Shown: positions 34,601-44,500 of the stretch, one piece after another | How the letters are laid out: every line of letters starts with the position of its first letter | Position numbering within the stretch: the stretch's first letter is position 1 | From: Lytechinus pictus | Taxonomy: Eukaryota | DNA: 64,000 nucleotides | Assembly (NCBI RefSeq): GCF_037042905.1 | Contig: NC_087246.1 | Span: forward strand, 12,090,001-12,154,000 | Direction: 5' to 3' | Notes under the pieces: generated by a model | Seen by the model: only the letters and a program-made list of their open reading frames with translations | Told to the model about the DNA's origin: nothing | Databases searched by the model: none | Position numbers and translations under genes: made by a program

Positions 34601-35894
34601 AGAATTTGAGTAAAAAATGTACAGCTGACTGCTGTAGATCTCTGCCACCTATCGTAGGAAGAAGACGGTAGGATGGGGGTCGGGTGTCAGGACACTTTAT
34701 ATTTTTGAAGCCTTCTTTTTTGTCTATGGATTAGATCTAGATCGAGATCTACACTAACAAATTATGAATTCAATCGTAATCATCTTTTATTTGGTTTGCC
34801 TAAAATTTTGTACTAAGTCAAAAGATTGATGAAACTTCACTTGTAAATTTTTCCAAATGACTTAAAATTGATTGTCCGGACACGCAACTGGGTAGATCTA
34901 ACTTTATAGATCTACTGACCAATTATACTAGAAATTGGCCAATAGAATTTTGTCGTCCCTCTCGATATAAATATATCATTTTTTGAGCTTGAGTTTTTGT
35001 TTAAATCCGCAAAATTAGACTATATCTAGGCCTAACGTTAGACTTTTCAAGAACAGCTTTCCAATTCCAGCACACCGCACATTCATCAATCAGAATAGAA
35101 TTTTGACATCGCAATATCGGCAAAACCCCTAGCTCCTTTAAGCCTAATAGTAATAAATTAGTAATAGGCCCTACTAATACATCACATTTTTTGTCAATAA
35201 TTCTATAGTTTACGGAAATTACGCATAGATCTACCTTCTTGCCATCAATTTAGTAGCCATTAATATTAGAATTTGTTTTGGATAAAGTGTGAATATTTTT
35301 TTAATGAATTTTTAAGGCTTTAGTTTAAAGTTTAAGTTTAGCCTCATGAATATTTCTTAGATGTCCGCGAAGTTTGGACACCCCATCACATGATGTTATT
35401 TTTCAGCAATGTCATGATCTCATTCTAACTGTAACTTTGTAAGCTTGTTTAGTTGTTTGAATGACTTTACTTAGTTTGAGCATTTATTCAAATCAACATT
35501 TTTCTGGGGTGGACTTAATGTTGTTTTCTAAGATCCACGATAACTTACGTCTCTCCTTCCACATTCCCTCTTGAGTAACACGAAATGCCTCCTTAATCGC
35601 GTACATAACCTTTCCCGGTTCGCGGGAAAAGAACCCATCTTGTTCCTTGATATTTTTCCACAGATGATCACGGGCATACACTGAGGCCTCTTTCCCTCCA
35701 TGTCCATCGAACACAGCGAAGCATGCATAGTCGGCGTCTTGTTCTCTGTCAAAAACAATACAAATCATGTCTTCCATGTATTTTCTTCCTCCCTGTGTTG
35801 AGTCGCTAGATACCCTTAATCCTATTACACGTTTTCTTTTTGGATTTTTCTTCATAGGACTGGAAACAGTCCGATATTGTTCCACACTTTCCAT
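24683..35894 (-). CDS. PPM1D: Protein phosphatase 1D / Wip1 (PP2C family), 4 coding exons, 643 aa
   Basis: Exons 35894-35549, 31189-30806, 28569-28379 and 25693-24683 total 1932 nt in frame. PP2C motifs present: GGRKYMED, FAVFDGHGG, STAGTT, AHVGDS, DHKP, LAVARSLGD, ILGSDGLW, RADNISV. PPM1D-type segments WPKTxxGxPST and RVVWxRP...IPFLAVAR are also present. Confidence 0.94.
25890..27607. mobile_element. Young hAT-like non-autonomous element (1.7 kb) in PPM1D intron 3
   Basis: TIR taagcctgagt / actcaggctta; perfect 8-bp TSD cttctaac at 25882-25889 and 27608-27615; subterminal TCGA(T) motifs; CpG-rich compared with flanks. Confidence 0.85.
28379..28569 (-). CDS. PPM1D: PPM1D exon 3
   Basis: cttcag acceptor, gtaaat donor; DLWSYNF...VSPEPD...ILGSDGLWNM. 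Confidence 0.94.
28818..29754. mobile_element. Kolobok-like non-autonomous element (TTAA TSD)
   Basis: TTAA|ggacgttccacagtta...taactgtggaatgtcc|TTAA. Confidence 0.85.
29759..30244. mobile_element. Kolobok-like MITE (TTAA TSD), abutting the previous element
   Basis: TTAA|agggaagttcccc...ggggaccttccct|TTAA with imperfect long inverted arms. Confidence 0.7.
30806..31189 (-). CDS. PPM1D: PPM1D exon 2
   Basis: tctccag acceptor, gtaatt donor; HVGDS, DHKP and the B-loop/flap region. Confidence 0.94.
31620..32203 (+). mobile_element. Kolobok-like MITE, copy A
   Basis: TTAA|aggagaatgaaac...gtttcattctcct|TTAA; ~180-bp imperfect arms. Confidence 0.88.
32278..32684 (+). mobile_element. 5'-truncated RTE-clade LINE
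   Basis: Frameshifted KLDLFQYQCLKR..IFWP..RWNWIGHVLR..ALTWNPGGKRKRGRPKSTWRRT..ARDRQQWK; short (TAG)-like tail; 12-bp TSD gttgactcattt at 32266-32277 and 32685-32696. Confidence 0.88.
33607..34189 (-). mobile_element. Kolobok-like MITE, copy B (inverted near-identical copy of A)
   Basis: TTAA flanks; reverse complement of 31620-32203 over its full length. Confidence 0.88.
35549..35894 (-). CDS. PPM1D: PPM1D exon 1
   Basis: Start aaacATGg, motifs RKYMED and DGHGG, donor gtaagt. Confidence 0.92.
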
Positions 35895-35968
35895 GTTTTC
35901 GGTCTTCCCGGCGCGCCGTTTCCTATCGAAAATGTTCTTTGTAACGCGCCAATATTCACACACATCGG

Positions 35969-36077
35969 CTATATAAGCTTCGCTGTGGTTGAATCATGCG
36001 CTAACTTGTTCTTGTCCCATGCTCCGATTCGTTGATTTCATTCAATGAATGCTGCTGAAGCCAAGACGGAAGTGACG
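35969..36077 (-). promoter_or_regulatory. PPM1D core/proximal promoter
   Basis: TATA-like CTTATATAG ~75 bp upstream of the ATG; p53-RE-like tandem half sites at 35992-36011; ETS/CRE composite CGGAAGTGACG at 36067-36077; locally CpG-rich. Confidence 0.5.
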
Positions 36078-36744
36078 AATGAATACATTGATCAAAGGTT
36101 ATCGATATCCGAACGTAAACAAAGACGGCTGATCAAAACATGTTTTCAAGATTCAAGATTCTTGAAAGATTCTTTTATTGGTCAATGTACGCATACAAAG
36201 AAATTTGGTTTCCAATGGCTTATCAATAAAGATGAAAAGTACAATACATCGTAACAATATTGAAATAATTCACATGAACGATCAATATACATGTAAATTA
36301 TTAATAACTGTCTGCAATCACTGTATTACCCCTAAACTCCTAAATGCATGTGGATAATGATGAGGCATAGGTATGATGCCATAATTATCATCCCCTAATC
36401 CTATTACGGTATATGTGGAACATGTTCATCATTATATCAGTCACTGTAAAAGTAGAATTTATGCATAATATAACACTTGTACAAGACAATGATGGTGAAA
36501 GTAGGTCAGAGAGAGAAGGTGAGGAAAACAGGGGAAGAGAAATAAGATGAAGAAGAAAAGATCAAAGAGAGAAGAAATAGAGGAGGAATAAGAAGAAAGA
36601 AGATGATTTGCTGATACTATAATAGTTTTTCATTCCCTTTTACTATATATTCTAAGTTACAGCGTCATGAATGAGTATTGTGGGTAAGGACGATACCACA
36701 AAACATATAGGACCTATTTTCTCCTTTTCTCCCTCTTCTTCTTC

Positions 36745-38135
36745 TTCAAGTTTAAAGTTTGGTTTATTTCTCCTCAAGAGATCTGATAAAATACATAATA
36801 CATAAAGCAGACAATGAATAGCAATGTATATCAAATAATTTATAGAAAATGAGGAGGGAAATGGCAAAAAAGGAAGATACCTGGTGATAGACCAACCCAT
36901 TACCAAAAAAAAAAAAACTTAAACATAACCTTTTCACGGTTAATGCAGGTAACGCCCCCCCCCAAAAAAAAAAAACAGACCTACACCAAAAACTAATTAG
37001 GATGGGTTGGAGAGATCGAGAGCCAGAAGGAAATCTATGAATTTGATATTAAAAATTAATGTTTTGTATTTTCTTCTAAAAACAGATACCGAAGGGCTTA
37101 ATTGAATATGAGAACGGATTGAATTTCAAATCCTTGATAAAATATGCTGTTTTTGAAAAGAAGTATTACACTGTTGAATATAAATGTTTCGAGCAATTCT
37201 TGAGGAAGTACAGATATGTTTGATTTAAAATAATTTTTGAGAGAATTTGGCAAGAGATTTTGTTCAAAAGAAAACATAAAAAGTGCAATATTCAATTTGT
37301 TCAAATCCATTATATTTCAAAGATTTATACAATGGTCCAGAATGACAAAGATGAGGAGTGAGTAATTATTCTCAATGCTTTTTTGTAGTAGAAATATTCT
37401 GTTAATATGACTTTGAAAGGCATTACCCCAGGGCCCAGGCTTTATTAAATTGCAGTAGTTTAAATAAGGCAGTGAGTTATATAATAAAAGAAGAATCTTC
37501 TTTGTTAAAATGTATATATGACATCAATTATTTTGGCAACTTTGTTGCAGATGACACCAGCATGTCCATGTTAACCTATATTATCAATATTAACACCTAT
37601 AAAGGTAGTAAATGTTACTTCATTAACTGGCATCTCATTTATATAAACCTCGACTTTGAATAATGATCTATTTTTATTTGTGAAAACCATAACATTTGAC
37701 AAAGTTAATTTATTGACACTTAGCCAGTTTGATACATATTTCAGTTCATTATTATACAAATTTTTGTAAAGTTTCAACAATATGGGACATGGACAAGCTG
37801 GTGTCATCTGCATACAAAAAGAATAAAGGGGAATAGAAATATTACTCAAATCATTTACATAAATTATAAACAAGAGCTGGCCTAAGATCGACCCTTATAA
37901 GGCACTCCACATATTAAAGCTTGCATCGAGGAAGAGCAATAATTGAAAGAAACATATTGATTACCATTCTGAAAATAACTGGAAATGAATTGAGTGCAAC
38001 CCACATTCCATAATAAGCTAATTTACGTAACAATACATCATGATCAAGTGAATCAAACGCTTGGCTTAAATCAATAAAAAGACCAATCAACGTTTTCTGA
38101 TTATCCAAGGCACATGTGACTCTGTATACGAATTC
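36745..38135 (-). mobile_element. Decayed CR1/L2-group LINE (reverse transcriptase fragment plus 3' end)
   Basis: Broken RT motifs IGLFIDLSQAFDSLDHDVLLRKLAYYG, LFIIYVNDL, YADD and WLSVNKLTL; 3' AATAAA and aaactt-type tail. Confidence 0.82.
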
Positions 38136-38568
38136 TGCTAAGAATTAAAATAACCTCATAAGCCCTATACCTAAATAGTGCGAGCGCGAAGCGCGAGATA
38201 ATTTTGTTGGAAATTTCATGTATTTCGTAATGAAAATTGAACATTCTGGGTAATGTTTGTAATCCTGAACAAGATACGTTTGTAATGTTTAATATAATTA
38301 TATTCTAGCCTGATATACATATTCAACAATCAGATAATGCGAGCGCGAAGTGCGAGCTGAAATTTATGTTTGTCGTTCTGACCTAAAAAATTGATTACTA
38401 AGCACTCTTTTGTAATCATGAACATGATAGGTATATAACTAAACGATTGATGCGAGCGCGAAGTGCTATTATAGCGGAAGACTTTTAGACCCTAAAACGG
38501 GACGGTCTATTCATGCGCTTTGTAAATCATGAAAACTGGGCATTTGGGTATAATTATATCTTCCTACA

Positions 38569-38780
38569 CAGTGGCGTACCTAGGATTTTCCACAGGGGGG
38601 GCAAAACCGTCCGCCCAAAAATTTGACAAGCAAAAAAAAAAAAAAAAAAAAAAAAAAGGTCTTCGATCACAAATAAAGGATTTCATTCCAGGAAAAAATT
38701 GACAAGCAAAAAAAAAAAAAAAAAAAAAAAAAGGTCTTCGATCACAAATAAAGGATTTCGTTCCATAAAAAAAATTGACA

Positions 38781-38832
<52 letters not shown>

Positions 38833-38963
38833 TCTTAAAGCTCGTCAGGGGGGGCAAAAAAGGTTTTTCAAGCCCGTCAGGGGGGGCAAATATACGTTTT
38901 TGCATGGGTTGTGACTCGTCAGGGGGGGCAGAGTGCCCCCCCCCCCCCGTAGGTACGCTAGTG
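38569..38963. mobile_element. hAT-like MITE with three internal poly-A-containing repeats
   Basis: TIRs cagtggcgtaccta / taggtacgctagtg; perfect 8-bp TSD ttcctaca at 38561-38568 and 38964-38971. Confidence 0.88.
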
Positions 38964-39104
38964 TTCCTACATACATTATGCGAGCGTGAAGCGCGAGCTG
39001 AAAATATTTGATATTCCCGTCTGAAAAAGGGTCAATTTCAAGCACTGTTTTATTAGTGAGATAAATTATGATCTTCTTATTTCCCCCTTTCAGGTCTGAA
39101 TATC

Positions 39105-39623
39105 AAACAAGGTTAGTGGAGTGGCTCTGGCAGTCTCACCTGCATTACGCGATTCAATATAGCAGCAGTGCATTGCTGACTTTGAAAACTACTATAAAAT
39201 AATTATTCACAAAAAACACCGTTCATAATGATACAATACTACATTCATTGACCTTAAATGACATTTAACTTTGATCATGTGACCTAAGGCTTGTCAGTGA
39301 TACTTGATTACCCCTATGTCCACAATTCATAAACTCTATCCATAAACTTTGAAAGTTATGACAGCAATTTAATTACCTCCAACATGGCCAAAGTTCATTG
39401 ACCCTAAATGACCTTTGGCCTTGGTCATGTGACTTGAAACTTAGGCAGGATGTTCATTAATACTTGATTAATCTAATGTGCAAGTTTCATGAACTAGGTC
39501 CATAATTCTAAGTTATGCTGTTATTTCAAAAACTTAACCTTCGGTTAAGATTTGATGTTGACGCCGCCGCCGTTGGAAAAGCGGCGCCTATAGGCCCACT
39601 CTGCTATGCAGGTGAGAACAAAA
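39105..39623 (-). mobile_element. HINE/DINE-1-like element, second family (short copy)
   Basis: Same ends and internal unit as 19059-19871, with fewer repeats. Confidence 0.8.
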
Positions 39624-40729
39624 TTCAGCCCTCGCGCTTGGCGCTCGCATTTTTTTTTGGTTTCTTCATCATTTTCCTACATATCAAATTTTGCTTAAAA
39701 TGTTCCCCTTTTTGGTCAATAATAATGTGAAAACAATTGCTACTTGGCTTCGCGTTAATGTTTTTTTAATGAGATACGTGGCATGATTACAAAAATTGCT
39801 TGAAATCCGGCTTGAAAGGGCCGTTTTCAGGTCGAATATCAGTTGGCGTTTCGTACTTGCATTATTTGATTATTGTGATACGTTTGCTCTCGTTATAAGT
39901 TACTACAATAGCCCTTAAAAATGTCTCTTATTCAGCCCAACATATAAACTTCTTGTTTTATAATTATACTCTTTTTGTACCCCCGGCTTATGCCGTGACC
40001 CACTCACTACGCAACTGCCACCCCCCCTCCATCGCCCCCTTCCAGGTGTGATGCCATGCATGTCTGCGCCAATGGGAGGGTTAGGTATGCCTATAGGGCA
40101 ACTCCATTTACTACAAAATAACATTACTGTTTATATACCCCCTGCAAAAATCAAAGTGTATACCTTTGAGAATTGAAGTATTCATGAAAACCCACATCGG
40201 GGAATTCCCAATATTTGGGGGCTCAATCTCTCCGAGAAAGAAAAGGCGACTTTTAATCGCGAACTAAGAGCTTGAAGTTTCGAGGGTTTTTTTTCTCGAA
40301 ATGTTACACGTCCTTCCCCCCCCCCCCCCCGCAAAAGAATATGCGTATAAGGCCATGGAAGCTACCAAAAATAAACTCGTAGGGCCTAGGGCTAGGCTAT
40401 AGAGTTTCAATGGTGATTCAATGCCTTACTGTTTGGAGAAATAATGAACTTCACGTGATACCACTCATATAAAATAGAAAATGCAGGATTGGAAGAATTC
40501 CTCTGTATTTGGGGGATTGTAAGAAGCGCAAGTCCGTTCCCCATCCGAAAACGTCTGTAGGCCTAGCCTATTATGCTTGGCACAGCTTTGTCCCGGAGCA
40601 TTGTCCACTCAGTTATTTTGATGTGCAGCAAATGTGTAAGAGCAGTATTTTTTTTCTTTTAAGATCCATTTTGGACTCAATGTAAGAGCATAGTGTCCAT
40701 CCACAAATTGGTGCTCTAAGAAAGTTTGA

Positions 40730-41500
40730 TCGCCGACGCCGTATGGTAATGCTTTTATTATATTTTTACCCACATGGCTATGAATTTGATTTCGCGCATT
40801 TTGTGGAAGTCATTGCTTTTGCACATGCGCATTACTGATCAACGAGCTGAGCATGCGCAGTTGTGCGCCACCATCGGGCTAGCTCTCGATATGTAAATTT
40901 CTGTCCGGCAAAGTTACTGTGTGGGCTGTATTTCTTTTCGAGGATTTCTTCTCATTGAAGCTGCTTCTTTTATTGGAATTTTCTTATTCGATAGCTGTAT
41001 ATAATATATATGCATGTGCGTGATTTAGAGAAAATTCATGCTTTCGATTCTTCAGAATCAGAGTTTCCATCAACCTTCATCACTCGACCCGAACATGTAA
41101 TTCGGTGCACCTCCACAGTGCGATAACTACGGCAGCGGCGACTTGTGGGGATGTGTTACCGTGCATTACCACACGGGGACGGAGATTTTGTTGGAAATAA
41201 GTGATTCGTTTGCATCTTGTTTCTCGAAATTCCTTTCAAGTAACTGACACGCAGACCAAATCACAAGATGGCTACGACTGTCCAGTATGACCTGGATACG
41301 TCTGGAGGCCTCATGATGGTAAGTGAAATTCAATTTTTGCCTTTGAAAAACTTGTTTGTGACTCGAATTCGATTTGACAGATGTTCTCGTTTACTTATGC
41401 ACAGCCACGCAACGCGTGCGAACAACAAAATCTGCTTGCTGTGCCATCCATTGCACACAGAACTCGTTATTTTTTCTTTCAAAATGGCGACGCAACGTAC
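40730..41500 (+). promoter_or_regulatory. CpG-rich promoter/5' region of PHF12
   Basis: Local CpG enrichment; NRF1/P3A2-like CATGCGCA motifs near 40824 and 40853; YY1-like CAAGATGGC at the ATG and AAAATGGCG at ~41481. Confidence 0.5.
41268..41318 (+). CDS. PHF12: PHF12 coding exon 1
   Basis: caagATGg start; [17 protein letters not shown]; gtaagt donor. Confidence 0.93.
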
Positions 41501-44500
41501 CACCAGGAAAGGGAGCTCATTGCTGTGTGTCTTGCACATTCTATCTTCATCACATTTAACTTGTTAATAACTGTTTCCATGTCATATTTACAGCAAATTC
41601 AGGCTTTGGTTGCTCCTCCACAAAGTGATGAGCCTCCAAGAAAGTACAGAAGAACAGAACCAAGAAGAACAGGAAGAGCAACCAATAGAGATTCCTGTGA
41701 TAGCTGCACAGAGGGAGGAGATCTTATTTGCTGTGACCGTTGCCCTGCATCTTTTCACCTCCAGTGCTGGTAAATTTTATTTCTTAAGTCAGACATAGAC
41801 AAAAAATTAAAAAGCCCCTGAGAATTTCTAAAATAGAATTAGGCCTAGATCTAATGTTACTCTAGTAGATTAGAATTAGATTCTAGACATTAATAATACT
41901 AATACTCTAGAACAACATTACTCATTAGATTAGTCTACTTGCAATTGATTTTCAACCAAATTTGTCTGAACTGAAGATTTGAAAAGTCTTTTGATTTTTT
42001 TTTTGCTCCAGTCTTGGTCAGAGTAGAATCTACAGATCAATTGAAAGTAAAAAAATTTTGCTCATTATTCTGTTGATCAGGGTGAAACTAAGGACTGGTA
42101 TTTGAATGAAATCAAATACTGATGCTACAACTATATACTTGCCTTCTGCTATATAAATTTCTATTGACATAATGACAATGTAGAATTGGATTTCAATATA
42201 ATTTAAAGGTAAGTCCATGAAATAAAACTTTAATATTTGTGGCATTCTAAATTATAATGCTCAATTCTCAATAAAAGGGAATTCTGAGCAAAAGAGATCT
42301 TGGTTATACGTTATGGCACAAGAACATGCGTTGTGTCCTCTGAAATATTTCTTTGATTTGTACATTCAACAGAACACTTGATATTTTTTCTCTATTTTGG
42401 TAATTTCTGTACTGGTTAAAATTTGGAATCTACCAGTTGAAAAAACTAAGAACATACAAGTACAATTAGAGTACACCAAATGGGTATTGATTTCAAGCTA
42501 ACATTTGAAAATCTTGATACAGGAGTGATAATGAATAGACTTCCGTTCTCAATCCCAATATGGTGTTACAGTAAAGGAAAACTACTTATGCTGAAAGTAT
42601 CATAGTACTGTACACATGTACTTTGATAAAGATAAAATACTTGAAAAAATGTTTGAATAGATGATTTATACCCATTGAAAAGAGTCATATTAATCATGCA
42701 TGGCAATGTATTTCAACCAATTTCTATTATGCTTATCTAGTGTCATGGATATTTTAATCAAATTAGTTCTATTGAATTCACTTCCTTTTTTTTTTACAGA
42801 ATCCGATTTGTAGTCAAAATAAGTGATATGTAAGAAGTGGGTGGGAAAGAGGAAATAAGTGGAAAGAAAATCTTGTCTTTTTCTTTCTTGGCCTATAATT
42901 CTCTAATCCATTCAAGTGATTCAATACAGACATGCATTGTTAACATGTATGTCACATGACGTATGGATGGCTCAGTTAACATACTTGTTTGAAATCAACC
43001 AAATTTTTCATAATCCATTCAGTCTTTATCTTTTTCAACAATTTTTTTCCAGCTAAACTTAAATTGTTCATAGACCTAGATCTGCTAATAGGACTATAAC
43101 CTCTCCCTCCCTTTCCACTCCCTCCAAAAATCTTGAAGGTGGGATAGAATTGGTATTGGCTTAAAATGACATAGAAATGTTATGCATGTTCAGTAAAAAA
43201 ATGAATAAATTGATAGAAATGCAAAAGAACATTAAATGCATGAATTACTCTTGATATGGTATCTTCATGTTTTACTTTTAATAATGATTTAAGTAGGACT
43301 GAAAATCGCACTGAAATTCACAGTTACATTTCAGATCATGCCCATAGGCTTAGGATTAGGATAGGATGTTCAATATCACATGCACATTTGCATCTAAGCA
43401 TGACCTTTAGGCCTATATTTCACACTGAAATACACCCCCAAAACTAGGATCAGCAACTTTATTACACTTGAATTCAGATGCACTGTGTGTCTTACTTTGA
43501 CTTGACAAAGTAGACTTAATAGGAGCTAATGGAGTGTCCGTATACACATCTACATGTAAGCTGCAGGTCTATAATTGGAAAGTTATGCATACACTCAAAC
43601 TAGTATATAGTGTACATGTGAGCACTAAATGTATGTTACATGTGGGCAATTCCACATACATGTATGGGCTTTGCACTTCAGACAGGTGAATGCACCACAC
43701 TTTGAATTAACAGTATTCAAACAGAACTTTTTGCTGTTCACCTATAAATGTACATGCAACTGAATATTAAATGTGTCTGATGAACTCAACAAGAAATGTT
43801 TGAATTCTGTAAATTTGAAAAGGTGAACTGAATGTCATTCCCTCAAGCTGGAATTTTTCCTTTTGCTTTTTACATACATGTACTAGTGCCATGTACAGTA
43901 TATAAATACATGTACAGTATCTTGCTGTTTAGAGCTGTATTTAAGTGAATTTTTTAATTAGTGATTTCACCTCTTTTCATAGGCTACATGTACCGGAAGC
44001 TGGAGAGTTGCTTTCCTACTGACATTAAAATGTTTGTGATGCTACATGTACATGTAAGGCTTGCAAAGTTTTGATGATAAAGCACTATGAAATCGTGCTG
44101 TTAGGGACCATTGTAAATCAAGTCTCCATCATCGCCAGATTGGCAGGGGTTTGTTTGTAAACTTCATGAATTTGTGAACTATCAGCAGTGCAGTATGTAG
44201 CAACAATAACGGTCCAACTTGTTGACGCTGTGACTGTGAAACGAAAGGACATGTACCTCAGGATCAGTTTAGTGGACTTGTCTAAGCTAGCAACTGAACT
44301 TCGTCTTTAAAAACCCATCGAGCTATTATGTTTCATGTTACATAGATCCATGTGAGCATCTACTTAAAAAGGCTACAACTTTTTGATGGGGTATGCTTAA
44401 AAGCAGGAAAACACTCTAATGACGTTGTGGTTGCTGAAGTACACATCTATGTATATTACAAAATTTGATATTTGGATATATCTGTCAAATTTGTGTGTAA

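Larger units (their letters stand above)
38160..39900. repeat. Host interspersed repeat with recurring gcgagcgcgaagcgcgag motif, interrupted by two insertions
   Basis: Motif at ~38179, 38339, 38452 and 38980, and reverse-oriented variants after 39625. Confidence 0.55.

Noticed and set aside
35895-35965. Longer PPM1D N-terminus (ORF track start 35963) or an upstream ATG at 35965
   Set aside because: The track start is a GTG. The ATG at 35965 is out of frame and abuts the TATA-like box, so it is probably upstream of the TSS. The ATG at 35894 has a strong context.
38564-39045. Poly-K and poly-F ORFs
   Set aside because: Poly-A runs within a hAT-like MITE.
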